Assembly: GCA_013824115.1 (NCBI GenBank)
Contig: PNNG01000016.1
Span: 7,686-71,685, forward strand
Direction: 5' to 3'
Length of the DNA stretch: 64,000 nt
DNA from: Sphingobacteriaceae bacterium
Lineage (GTDB): Bacteria; Bacteroidota; Bacteroidia; UBA7662
This document shows positions 1 through 11,581 of this stretch, in pieces. The translations under genes were made by a program, and so were the position numbers. Numbering within the stretch: position 1 is the stretch's first letter; each line of letters opens with the position of its first letter. The notes beneath the pieces are model-generated. The model was not told where the DNA came from, searched no databases, and saw only the letters and a list, made by a program, of their open reading frames with translations.

Positions 1-38
1 CAGCATCAATCAACTAAGAGATTAACGGTTCAAGAGAT

Positions 39-1916
39 ATGTCGCACAATCACGAACACCACCACGATCATCATCAGGAAAGCTTCATTTCGAAGTATAT
101 CTTTTCGATGGATCACAAAATGATTGCCAAGCAATACCTGATTACGGGTATGATCATGGCGGTCGTTGCAGCTCTTCTTTCACTTTTGTTCCGCTTGCAG
201 TTAGGCTGGCCTGAGGATACTTTCCCTTGGTTAGAGTCGCTGCTGGGCGATTGGGGTAAGGGTGGACGATTGGATCCTAATTTTTACCTCGCCTTGGTAA
301 CCATGCACGGAACCTTGATGGTGTTCTTTGTACTGACTGCCGGTTTGAGCGGTACTTTTTCAAACTTGCTTATACCGTTCCAAATTGGTGCACGTGACAT
401 GGCTTCGCCTTTCATGAATATGTTGAGCTACTGGTTGTTCTTCCTGTCGAGCGTCATCATGTTGGTGTCGTTGTTCGTGGAAAGCGGTCCTGCAGCTGCC
501 GGCTGGACGATTTATCCGCCACTGTCAGCTCTTCCGCAGGCTGTTCCCGGTTCCGGCTTGGGTATGACCTTGTGGTTGATTTCAATGACACTGTTCATTG
601 CCTCTTCACTGATGGGCTCTTTGAACTACATTACCACCATTCTCAATATGCGTACAGTGGGCATGAAAATGACCCGCATGCCTTTGACCATTTGGTCGTT
701 CCTCACCACCTCTATTTTAGGTGTGTTGTCATTCCCTGTATTGTTGGCTGCCGCTGTATTGTTGATTTTCGACCGCAGCTTCGGCACCAGCTTCTATTTG
801 AGCGATATCTTTATTGCTGGTGAGGCGTTGAATCGTCAGGGTGGTTCTCCTATTTTATTCCAGCACTTATTCTGGTTCCTGGGTCACCCCGAAGTGTATA
901 TTGTATTGATGCCTGCCTTGGGTATTACATCTGAGGTAATTGCCACCAATGCCCGCAAGCCTATTTTTGGTTATCGTGCCATGGTTGGTTCATTGTTAGG
1001 TATCTCTTTCCTTTCATTCATCGTTTGGGGTCACCACATGTTCGTTACCGGTATGAATCCATTCTTAGGCAACGTATTCATGATTTTGACCCTTGTAATT
1101 GCGGTTCCATCGGCGGTGAAGACTTTCAATTACTTGGCAACCCTTTGGAAAGGCAATATCCGTTTTACGCCAGCGATGTTGTTCGCCATTGGATTGGTGT
1201 CGCTCTTTATTTCGGGTGGTTTGACTGGTATTTACCTTGGAAATGCCGCGCTCGATATCAACTTGCATGATACTTATTTTGTTGTAGCTCACTTCCACTT
1301 GGTAATGGGTTCTGCTTCGATGTTTGGCATGTTGGCGGGTGTTTACCACTGGTATCCCAAAATGTTCGGTAAGTTGATGAACGAGAAGTTAGGTTACCTG
1401 CACTTCTGGTTGACTTTTGCAGCGGTATATTTGGTATTCTTCCCCATGCACTTCATGGGCTTGGATGGTGTGCCACGCCGCTACTACAACTTCACTGGAT
1501 TTGAATATATGTCGGAATGGATGGATTTGAACCGCTTTATTTCGGTATCTGCCATCCTTGGTTCTGCAGCCCAGTTGATTTTCATTTGGAACTTCTTTTA
1601 CAGCATCCGCAAAGGCAAAGATGCGCCTCAGAACCCTTGGAATTCGAATACTCTCGAGTGGACCACTCCAGTGGAGCGTATCCATGGCAACTGGCCTGGA
1701 GAGATCCCTCACGTACATCGTTGGCCGTATGATTACAGCGTGCCTGGTGCACCGCAGGACTTCATTCCTCAAACCGTAAAAGACGACGATTTGCCCGAGA
1801 CTTTGCGTGCACCGAAGGTGGCTCCTGCCCCTGAACATGCTACGGCAGAAGCTTCTACCACCGAAACCTTATTGTTTAGCCGTTTCTTGAATCTCTTTGG
1901 CTTGAAGCGGGCTTAA
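39..1916 (+). CDS. ctaD: cytochrome c oxidase subunit I (heme-copper oxidase, caa3/aa3 type)
   Basis: 625-aa multi-TM ORF with subunit I hallmarks ('HLFWFLGHPEVYIVLMP', 'VVAHFHLVMG'). It has a His-rich N-terminus and heads a cox/heme-A gene cluster. Confidence 0.95.
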   Translation: MSHNHEHHHDHHQESFISKYIFSMDHKMIAKQYLITGMIMAVVAALLSLLFRLQLGWPEDTFPWLESLLGDWGKGGRLDPNFYLALVTMHGTLMVFFVLTAGLSGTFSNLLIPFQIGARDMASPFMNMLSYWLFFLSSVIMLVSLFVESGPAAAGWTIYPPLSALPQAVPGSGLGMTLWLISMTLFIASSLMGSLNYITTILNMRTVGMKMTRMPLTIWSFLTTSILGVLSFPVLLAAAVLLIFDRSFGTSFYLSDIFIAGEALNRQGGSPILFQHLFWFLGHPEVYIVLMPALGITSEVIATNARKPIFGYRAMVGSLLGISFLSFIVWGHHMFVTGMNPFLGNVFMILTLVIAVPSAVKTFNYLATLWKGNIRFTPAMLFAIGLVSLFISGGLTGIYLGNAALDINLHDTYFVVAHFHLVMGSASMFGMLAGVYHWYPKMFGKLMNEKLGYLHFWLTFAAVYLVFFPMHFMGLDGVPRRYYNFTGFEYMSEWMDLNRFISVSAILGSAAQLIFIWNFFYSIRKGKDAPQNPWNSNTLEWTTPVERIHGNWPGEIPHVHRWPYDYSVPGAPQDFIPQTVKDDDLPETLRAPKVAPAPEHATAEASTTETLLFSRFLNLFGLKRA

Positions 1917-1918
1917 TA

Positions 1919-2908
1919 ATGAGTCAAAACGTTCGTGATTACAGCGGCCGTGAGCGCACTTTCCGTTTGGTAAGTGCGCTTACCGTCGCTGTTGTTTTTT
2001 TGTTGATCTTGATTGGCGGCATTGTGCGCAGCTCGGGGGCCGGAATGGGTTGTCCCGATTGGCCCAAGTGCTTCGACATGTGGGTTCCACCCACGGATGT
2101 AAGTGAATTGCCATCCGATTACCAAGCGATTTACGCCAAGCGCGGTTACGCTGATACTTCCTTTAACGTGGTTAAAACTTGGACAGAGTACCTGAATCGT
2201 TTGTTTGGGGTGCTTACGGGTTTGTTCATCATTGCTAATTTAATAGCTGCTTGGCGAGCCTACGGGAATGGTAGAAATAAGCGGGTGGTTTGGCTTTCTG
2301 TTTTGGGTTTGATTTTCGTATTGATTCAAGGTGGGGTAGGTGCTTTTGTTGTATTTACCAATTTGCATCAAGGCATCATCACCTTGCATTTACTGATTGC
2401 GCTATTTATTGTGTTTTTGTTGGTAGCTGCCCGCTTGTATGCCAAACCAGTCCTGGGCGAATCACAGCTTGCGGTATTGGTAAAAACACGGTGGCAAGTA
2501 TTGGCCGTAGCGGGTTTGATGCTTGTGCAAATTATACTTGGCACGCAAGTGCGAGAAATGCTGGATGCTGTGAGCGAAAGCATGGGAGGTGCCGACAAAA
2601 GGGCTTGGCTTCGGTCGTTAGGACCCGTTTATGGAATTCACAAGAATTTTTGGATGGTGGTCACTGTAGGGGTAGTTTATTTGGTTTATGTACTGCAGCG
2701 TGATTTTAGCAATGCAGGCTTTAAAAACTATGGTATTTTTGCGCTGCTTTTAACCGGAGCGCAGGTGTTTACTGGTGTGGCTTTAAATCAATTTGGATTG
2801 CCCGCAGTGCCACAAGCGTTACACATTGTGTTTAGCTCATTGGCCATCACATCGCTATTTGCTTTGTGGTTGCAATTGCACCGCTCATTGCGTGCAATTT
2901 CTAAATAA
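1919..2908 (+). CDS. ctaA: heme A synthase (COX15/CtaA family)
   Basis: 329-aa polytopic membrane ORF with the N-terminal 'GAGMGCPDWPKC' motif typical of COX15/CtaA. It starts 2 nt after the ctaD stop. Confidence 0.85.
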   Translation: MSQNVRDYSGRERTFRLVSALTVAVVFLLILIGGIVRSSGAGMGCPDWPKCFDMWVPPTDVSELPSDYQAIYAKRGYADTSFNVVKTWTEYLNRLFGVLTGLFIIANLIAAWRAYGNGRNKRVVWLSVLGLIFVLIQGGVGAFVVFTNLHQGIITLHLLIALFIVFLLVAARLYAKPVLGESQLAVLVKTRWQVLAVAGLMLVQIILGTQVREMLDAVSESMGGADKRAWLRSLGPVYGIHKNFWMVVTVGVVYLVYVLQRDFSNAGFKNYGIFALLLTGAQVFTGVALNQFGLPAVPQALHIVFSSLAITSLFALWLQLHRSLRAISK

Positions 2909-3814
2909 GTGAGTTCTATGCATTCAACTGAAGTTTCGGCAACAGGCAATTTTGAACTCATGCAAAAAGTTAGGGATTATGCGCAGTTTATGAAGGTACG
3001 CCTGGCCTCGCTGGTAGTATTCAGCTCTGGAGTAGGTTACCTCATAGCCGCTGGTGCTGATTGGGAGTGGGGTCAATTCCTGTTATTGCTTTTGGGTGGC
3101 TTCCTAATTGTAGGTTCTAGCAACGGCATCAACCAAATCATTGAGCGCGAAAGTGACCAGTTGATGAAGCGTACACTGAATCGTCCGGTTGCAACAGGCC
3201 GCATGAGTGTGGCGGAAGGAGTAATCTTGGCATTGGCCACTGGCATTGGCGGAGTGGTAATTATTGGCTTGAGCACCAATACCTTGAGTGCTACCTTGGC
3301 TTTGATGTCGCTGTTGAGCTACGGTTTTGTTTACACGCCACTCAAGAAGATAAGTCCAATTGCGGTTTTTGTGGGTGCATTTCCTGGCGCGTTACCCATA
3401 CTTATAGGTTACGCTGCATACAATGGTCATTTGAATTTAGAGGCAGGTTTATTGTTTTTGGTGCAGTTTATTTGGCAATTCCCGCATTTTTGGGCCATCG
3501 CTTGGCTGCTGCATGACGATTACGATAAAGCAGGTTTTCGATTGTTACCTACAGCCAATGAACCAGACAAGCGTTCGGCTGTACAAATTTTGTTTTACAC
3601 GGTTTGTTTAATTCCAGTGAGTTTGGCGCCTTGGTGGTTTGGATTTGCCGGGCCCGTTGCGTTGGCGGTATGTTTATTCAGCGGCTTGTTGTTTTTATGG
3701 CCCGCCTGGCAACTGTACCGTACGGTAGACAAAGGCTGGGCACGCAAACTCATGTTCGCTAGTTTTGTTTACTTACCAGTAGTTCAACTGGTGTATTTAT
3801 TCGATAAACTTTAA
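2909..3814 (+). CDS. ctaB: protoheme IX farnesyltransferase (heme O synthase, UbiA family)
   Basis: 301-aa UbiA-type prenyltransferase ('GINQIIERESDQLMKRTLNRPVATG'). The GTG at 2909 abuts the ctaA stop; an in-frame ATG at 2918 is an alternative start. Confidence 0.9.
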   Translation: MSSMHSTEVSATGNFELMQKVRDYAQFMKVRLASLVVFSSGVGYLIAAGADWEWGQFLLLLLGGFLIVGSSNGINQIIERESDQLMKRTLNRPVATGRMSVAEGVILALATGIGGVVIIGLSTNTLSATLALMSLLSYGFVYTPLKKISPIAVFVGAFPGALPILIGYAAYNGHLNLEAGLLFLVQFIWQFPHFWAIAWLLHDDYDKAGFRLLPTANEPDKRSAVQILFYTVCLIPVSLAPWWFGFAGPVALAVCLFSGLLFLWPAWQLYRTVDKGWARKLMFASFVYLPVVQLVYLFDKL

Positions 3815-3816
3815 AG

Positions 3817-4404
3817 ATGATGGAAGCAGCAATGCAAGGAAATATGGCGCCGGTAAAGAAGCGTCAGAAGCTACACCCCAAAGAATTTTTGATGTGGGTG
3901 TTTTTGGTAAGTGTATTTATGATTTTTGCCGGCTTCACTTCGGGCTACATTGTACGCAGAGCCGATGGAAATTGGGTAGAATTTGTATTGCCTGTCGGCT
4001 TTTTGTACTCCACTATTTTAGTGGTACTGAGTAGTATCAGCGCACAATGGGCTTTGATTCAAGCACGTAAAGACAATCTCGACCGGGTTAAAGTGGGAGT
4101 GGGTATAACAGCGTTGCTGGGAATTGCCTTTATATTGGCTCAGCTCAATGCTTTTAATCAACTCGTAGAAATAGGGATGTTTTTGGTAGGAAATCCGTCA
4201 GGCTCGTTTGTTTACATCATTACTGGCATACATGCTTTGCATTTGGTGAGCGCAATCATCGTGATGTTCGTTATATTTGCGAACGTATTTCGGTACCGGG
4301 TACACTCGAAAAACTTGCTGGGGATTCGTTTAGGCACGATTTATTGGCACTTTTTAGGGATTCTTTGGATATACCTATATATTTTCTTATTGATAATGAA
4401 TTAA
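3817..4404 (+). CDS. cytochrome c oxidase subunit III family protein (first of two)
   Basis: 195-aa, about 5-TM ORF with a subunit III-like C-terminus ('IYWHFLGILWIYLY'). It lies immediately downstream of ctaB. Confidence 0.75.
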   Translation: MMEAAMQGNMAPVKKRQKLHPKEFLMWVFLVSVFMIFAGFTSGYIVRRADGNWVEFVLPVGFLYSTILVVLSSISAQWALIQARKDNLDRVKVGVGITALLGIAFILAQLNAFNQLVEIGMFLVGNPSGSFVYIITGIHALHLVSAIIVMFVIFANVFRYRVHSKNLLGIRLGTIYWHFLGILWIYLYIFLLIMN

Positions 4405-4422
4405 TTAATACCTGAATAAACC

Positions 4423-5103
4423 ATGGCATCTACTACTGCAATTACCGGCAAAAAGAGCATCTGGGATGGTGGCTCCGAACCTTTCGGCGCGAGCTACGGT
4501 AAACTCATGATGTGGTTTTTCCTTTTGTCTGACGCTTTCACTTTCTCTGCCCTGCTGCTTGCCTATGCAGCCATTCGTTTCAGTGCTGGCAGTTGGCCGG
4601 TTCCGGATGATGTATTTGCTGCCATTCCTTTTGTGCATGGCAATCATTATCCTTTGGTATTTGTTGGTATCATGACCTTTATACTTATCATGAGTTCAGT
4701 TACCATGGTATTGGCTGTAGAAGCTGGCCATCGCGGCGCTAAAAACGAAGTGGTTAAGTGGATGATTTGGACCATTATTGGAGGTATTGCGTTCTTGGGT
4801 TGTCAGGCTTGGGAATGGAGCCATTTACATCACGACGGTGCATGGTGGGGTAACAATCCATTTCTGAATGCTGATGGAACGGCTGGTCATGTGAATTTCA
4901 CGAATTTGTTCTTTACCATCACTGGTTTTCACGGTTTCCACGTTTTCAGCGGTGTTGTGATTAACGTCATAGTTACTCTTATGGCTGCCAATGGTGTTTT
5001 CGATCGCCGAGGCACCTACGAAACCATCGAAAAAGTAGGACTTTACTGGCACTTTGTTGACCTGGTTTGGGTGTTTGTATTTACTTTCTTCTACCTCATC
5101 TAA
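4423..5103 (+). CDS. cytochrome c oxidase subunit III
   Basis: 226-aa ORF with subunit III motifs ('FTITGFHGFHVFSGV', 'LYWHFVDLVWVFVF'). Confidence 0.85.
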   Translation: MASTTAITGKKSIWDGGSEPFGASYGKLMMWFFLLSDAFTFSALLLAYAAIRFSAGSWPVPDDVFAAIPFVHGNHYPLVFVGIMTFILIMSSVTMVLAVEAGHRGAKNEVVKWMIWTIIGGIAFLGCQAWEWSHLHHDGAWWGNNPFLNADGTAGHVNFTNLFFTITGFHGFHVFSGVVINVIVTLMAANGVFDRRGTYETIEKVGLYWHFVDLVWVFVFTFFYLI

Positions 5104-5118
5104 TAAAATTAAAGATAT

Positions 5119-5433
5119 ATGTCGTCTCACGAGCATACTTCAAGCTTCAATGTGAAAGATATCTGGCGCGTGTTTTTCGTGCTGTTAGCTATCACGGTAG
5201 TAGAGTTTATCATTGCATTGGCTGTGCCCGAGTCTTTCATGGCCAAGGACATCAAGAACTGGTTGTACATCATTCTGACTATCATGAAGGCCTTCTACAT
5301 TGTGGCGTACTTCATGCACCTCAAATTCGAAAAAATCAATCTGATCTATAGCATTTTGTTGCCAACGGTTTTCATTTTGGGCGTCATTGCAGCCTTGATG
5401 TACGAAAGCAACTACTGGCTCGACATTCGCTAA
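5119..5433 (+). CDS. cytochrome c oxidase subunit IV-like small membrane protein
   Basis: 104 aa with three predicted TM helices. Size and position after subunit III match caa3 small subunit IV family proteins. Confidence 0.65.
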   Translation: MSSHEHTSSFNVKDIWRVFFVLLAITVVEFIIALAVPESFMAKDIKNWLYIILTIMKAFYIVAYFMHLKFEKINLIYSILLPTVFILGVIAALMYESNYWLDIR

Positions 5434-5436
5434 GGC

Positions 5437-6075
5437 ATGCTGAAAAAGTTCGGATTGCTTTTTCTGATGCTGGGTGTACCAGCTATTCTGTATCTGGTAT
5501 ACGTGAGCATTGCTGAGAATAATTATCAAAAGCTTCCTGTCTTCGGACCCAAGGAAGCTTTTTTTGTAACGGCCAACCAAAAAGTGGCAGATACCGCCTA
5601 TCATGAATTGAGGGTATTGGAGAAGTCACTCGAACGGGTAACCAATCGGGTCAGGGTAGTGAGTGTTTTTGTTCCTGGAGATGGCAAAAACAACCGGATT
5701 CGTTACCGTCAATTGGCCCGGGTGGAGGACGTTTTTAAAGACAATCCCTTGATTTGGACAATGCATTTTCACAGTGGTGAAGACAGTTTAGCTGTGCTGG
5801 GCTGGTGCAAAGACTCGCCCAAACGCCTGAGCTATTTTGCAGGCAGTGCATTCGTTGATAGTGTAGAAAAGTCACTTTGGATTTATCAGCCCGATTGGAA
5901 AGGCATTTATCCGGATGCACAGTTACACGAATTGACTTTTTTAGTTGATAAAAAACAACGTGTTCGAGGTATGTACAAAACGGTGCTTCGCAAAGAAACC
6001 GACCGTTTGATGGAAGACATCCGTACGTTAATTGTGGAATACGCGAATACAGAACCCAAGCGTCGCCGGCGATAA
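5437..6075 (+). CDS. SCO1/SenC-like thioredoxin-fold protein lacking the CxxxC copper site
   Basis: 212 aa with an N-terminal membrane anchor. The C-terminal part resembles SCO proteins ('FLVDKKQRVRGMY'), but 'VFVPGDGKNN' sits where a canonical SCO has 'FTxCPxxCP'. It occupies the usual SCO slot of Bacteroidota cox operons. Confidence 0.5.
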   Translation: MLKKFGLLFLMLGVPAILYLVYVSIAENNYQKLPVFGPKEAFFVTANQKVADTAYHELRVLEKSLERVTNRVRVVSVFVPGDGKNNRIRYRQLARVEDVFKDNPLIWTMHFHSGEDSLAVLGWCKDSPKRLSYFAGSAFVDSVEKSLWIYQPDWKGIYPDAQLHELTFLVDKKQRVRGMYKTVLRKETDRLMEDIRTLIVEYANTEPKRRRR

Positions 6076-6113
6076 ACAATTTGCCCCTTTTGCGGGTTTA
6101 TTTGGAGATTATC

Positions 6114-6638
6114 ATGAAAGAAAAATTAGCACTAAGAACAATTTATATCGTATCGGCCATTGTGTTCGTTGCAGTAGTTGTCTTGTTCAATTTACCCAAA
6201 CAAGAAAGTATACCTGGCTTTGTTCGGTACCTGCCAACCCTAAATGCGATTATCAACGGTACCTGTAGCGTGCTTTTGTTGGTGAGTTGGGTGATGATTG
6301 CGCGTAAGCAAGTGAAATGGCATAAATACTTGAATATTTCAGCCTTTATGCTGTCGGCACTATTTCTAGTGTCGTACATCATATTTCATGCTTTTGGAGT
6401 TGAGACCCGATATCCGGCCGATAGTCCATACCGCGGCATTTATTTATTCATTCTCATTACCCATATCATTTTGGCTGCCGGGGTTTTGCCTTTGGTGCTG
6501 CTTTCGTTTTACAGAGGGTTAACCGGACAAATTGAAAGTCACAAGCGTATTACCCAATGGGCCATGCCCATTTGGCTGTATGTAACAATAACAGGCGTGG
6601 TAGTTTATCTCATGATTTCACCTTATTACACATTTTGA
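6114..6638 (+). CDS. DUF420 family membrane protein (cox-operon associated)
   Basis: Four-TM ORF with DUF420-like motifs ('LPTLNAIINGTCSVLLL', 'HKYLNISAFMLSALFLVSYIIFH'). I prefer the ATG at 6114 over the upstream TTG at 6081 given in the ORF track. Confidence 0.75.
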   Translation: MKEKLALRTIYIVSAIVFVAVVVLFNLPKQESIPGFVRYLPTLNAIINGTCSVLLLVSWVMIARKQVKWHKYLNISAFMLSALFLVSYIIFHAFGVETRYPADSPYRGIYLFILITHIILAAGVLPLVLLSFYRGLTGQIESHKRITQWAMPIWLYVTITGVVVYLMISPYYTF

Positions 6639-6639
6639 T

Positions 6640-6873
6640 ATGAGGCGCTGGATTGTTGCAGTAAGTTTTTTGGCGTGCATGTCCGGGGCATCATTTTCGG
6701 TAGATGCACAGTGCCCCATGTGTAAAACCTCGTTGGAAGCCAACCGCAAAGACAGTAAAAATGCAGTAGGTAATGGCATTAATAACGGCATTCTCTACTT
6801 GCTTGCCATGCCCTTTATCATGGTAGGCGGAGTGGCCGGATTGTACATCTACCGTAATCGCAAAACGTCGTGA
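6640..6873 (+). CDS. small secreted, C-terminally membrane-anchored CxxC protein (hypothetical)
   Basis: 77 aa with a signal peptide, 'QCPMCK' directly after the predicted cleavage site, and one C-terminal TM helix. It starts 1 nt after the DUF420 stop, and its stop overlaps the next gene's GTG (GTGA). Confidence 0.5.
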   Translation: MRRWIVAVSFLACMSGASFSVDAQCPMCKTSLEANRKDSKNAVGNGINNGILYLLAMPFIMVGGVAGLYIYRNRKTS

Positions 6874-7247
6874 AGCCCGTTTCATGGGCCAAAGCTTTGG
6901 GTGAATGCCGCTGCCCACAATGCCGGCAGGGGAATATGTTTATGCATCCGGCATGGCAATTACACAAGGCTACCCGAATGCACCAAACTTGTCCACATTG
7001 CGGACTCAAATTTGAAGTGGAGCCAGGTTTTTTCTGGGGAGCCATGTATTTCAGTTATGCTTTTGGAGTAGCTATTTCAGTGATTTTTGGCGTCTTGGCC
7101 TATTGGCTCTTCGATGATCCTGAAATTTGGGTCTACATGGTGGTGATTTTTACCCCTCTTTTTCTTTTGTCTCCATTAAGCATGCGTTACAGCCGTGTTT
7201 TGATGCTGTACCTTTTTGGGGAAATTGAGTTCGAAGAAAAGGCCTGA
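6870..7247 (+). CDS. DUF983 family membrane protein
   Basis: 125 aa with two CxxC pairs ('CPQCRQG', 'CPHCGLKFEVEPGFFWGAMYFSY') followed by two TM helices, as in DUF983. Confidence 0.7.
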   Translation: MKPVSWAKALGECRCPQCRQGNMFMHPAWQLHKATRMHQTCPHCGLKFEVEPGFFWGAMYFSYAFGVAISVIFGVLAYWLFDDPEIWVYMVVIFTPLFLLSPLSMRYSRVLMLYLFGEIEFEEKA

Positions 7248-7322
7248 ATGCTTTGTGGATTAAGTGTATAAAGCTTCCTTGGATAAAGGGGCGATTCTAC
7301 CTAAATTCGCGAAACCTTTCAT

Positions 7323-10026
<2,704 letters not shown>

Positions 10027-10056
10027 CAAAAGCCCCCGATTTGGGGGCTTTTTTTA
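10027..10056 (+). terminator. rho-independent terminator (bidirectional-looking) between convergent genes
   Basis: GCCCCC (10032-10037), loop GATTT, GGGGGC (10043-10048), then T7. An A-run upstream makes it usable from both strands. Confidence 0.6.
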
Positions 10057-10066
10057 TTGGGCAAGG

Positions 10067-10426
10067 TTAATCTAGTCGGGCCAAGCGATAGAAAGTGAGT
10101 CCTTTTCTTGATTTGATGGCGGTTTCTTGTTTAACCATCTTCCATCTATCATGAAAAGCGTATTTTTCTTCTGATGTGGCCTTGAGCTTAAGCTGAGCGC
10201 CGCGCATGCTGTAGGTGCCCGATACCTTTACCTTTTGGGTAGGGTGTGAAAAGTCCTGATAGGTGAAGGTTTGGTCGGCATGCAACACCAGCTTGATGTT
10301 TGAAGGATCGGTTGGTGAGACGCCAAAAGTTTTGATTACGTTGGTTTGGGCTTTCGTGGATAGTGCCATTAAGGGCATGGCCACGATACACATCAAGCAG
10401 GTTTTTAAAAAGTTGGGGTGTGTCAT
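10067..10426 (-). CDS. hypothetical secreted protein (last gene of ECF operon)
   Basis: 119 aa with a signal peptide ('MPLMALSTKAQ'). It starts 9 nt downstream of the preceding gene on the same strand. I recognised no motif. Confidence 0.5.
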   Translation of the reverse strand: MTHPNFLKTCLMCIVAMPLMALSTKAQTNVIKTFGVSPTDPSNIKLVLHADQTFTYQDFSHPTQKVKVSGTYSMRGAQLKLKATSEEKYAFHDRWKMVKQETAIKSRKGLTFYRLARLD

Positions 10427-10435
10427 ATATGTTGA

Positions 10436-11581
10436 TTAAGGTTTGTAAGGGAATGCCAGGTTGAAGGCGCCGTTGGTGATTTCCATTTGCTCGCTGCCAT
10501 CGGCACTGAACAAGGTACATTGTACGGTGCCTTTCAGTTGTTTTACCGGTAGGCCTTGCGGGGTGTTTTTGAATTCGGCGATGTCGGTAATGAGGAAACT
10601 GGCATTTGCTTGTTGATCGCCGAAAGCCGAGCTGAACAAGGTGCCATCTGCGCGGCGATACTGAATACGGAGCGTACCGGTTTGGAGAGGGTCGTTGAAT
10701 GCGTTGCTGTTTACACGGAAGTTTACAGTACAAAAAATAGCAGGGTCATGTGTTACTTGTTTAACTACTTCGCTGCTGCACTCGTTGTTGAAGGCTCTCA
10801 TGCGCACCAGATTAACATCCCCTGTGCCCAAAGCACTTACCGGTAAGTTGATTTGAACGCCTGTGTAGGTCGCGCCATTGATTTGCCACTGAACAGTGTA
10901 AGGCGCTTGCAGGCTGATGCCCATGGCATTGAATTGTACCTGGCTGTTGTTGTTGATGAGGCTGTAATGAAAATCAGCTGTACAGGAAGTATTTACTGGC
11001 GCAGCTTGAATGATTTTTTCGAGGCTGTTGTTGCAGCCGTTGGTGAAGAATGATGTGAGGCGAACCCGGTAACTGCCTGCAGGCAGCAACAGTTGGGGAG
11101 CCGCCGCCTGGGTGCTTTGGATGAGCTGCCCACTGCTGTCGCGCACTTCCCATTGGCTGGCAATGAGCTGGTTGCCTAAACCCGGGAATGATTGATTTTG
11201 CAATTGCAAGCGGAACAAATTGGAGCCAAAACTGCGAAAGAAAGGATAGGCTTTCCGCTGAAAAGTAGAGTCGGGCACCATGGGAGCTTGGGTTTCCAAG
11301 GCGGCATGGTCGCGGATAATGAATTCCCAGCTGTTTGGGCAGCCATTACAGTTGTTAGGCTGAAGGGCTGCGGTAGTTTCATATACTTGTCGCTGATCCT
11401 GCGCTACGCTCGTTTGCAGGTAGAAGTTATTGTTTCCGGCTTGCAATTGGATGGGCGTGCCGCCGAGTTCGGCTGTGAAGTAGAATTGTGGATTGCCCCG
11501 AACAGCTCCTTCCTCAAAGTCAATAGCGTGTTGACAAGCTAGCAAGCTGCCTAAGAGCCCAAAGAATATTGCTTTTTTCAT
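10436..11581 (-). CDS. hypothetical lipoprotein
   Basis: 381 aa with a lipobox-like 'GSLLAC' and beta-rich, Asn/Gln-rich composition. Its start overlaps the upstream gene's stop by 4 nt (ATGA). Confidence 0.6.
   Translation of the reverse strand: MKKAIFFGLLGSLLACQHAIDFEEGAVRGNPQFYFTAELGGTPIQLQAGNNNFYLQTSVAQDQRQVYETTAALQPNNCNGCPNSWEFIIRDHAALETQAPMVPDSTFQRKAYPFFRSFGSNLFRLQLQNQSFPGLGNQLIASQWEVRDSSGQLIQSTQAAAPQLLLPAGSYRVRLTSFFTNGCNNSLEKIIQAAPVNTSCTADFHYSLINNNSQVQFNAMGISLQAPYTVQWQINGATYTGVQINLPVSALGTGDVNLVRMRAFNNECSSEVVKQVTHDPAIFCTVNFRVNSNAFNDPLQTGTLRIQYRRADGTLFSSAFGDQQANASFLITDIAEFKNTPQGLPVKQLKGTVQCTLFSADGSEQMEITNGAFNLAFPYKP

Noticed and set aside
3817-5103. Two adjacent cytochrome oxidase subunit III genes read as a frameshifted pseudogene.
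   Set aside because: Both ORFs are intact with their own starts and an 18-nt spacer. Each has complete TM segments. A two-gene split subunit III arrangement is common in Bacteroidota caa3 operons.
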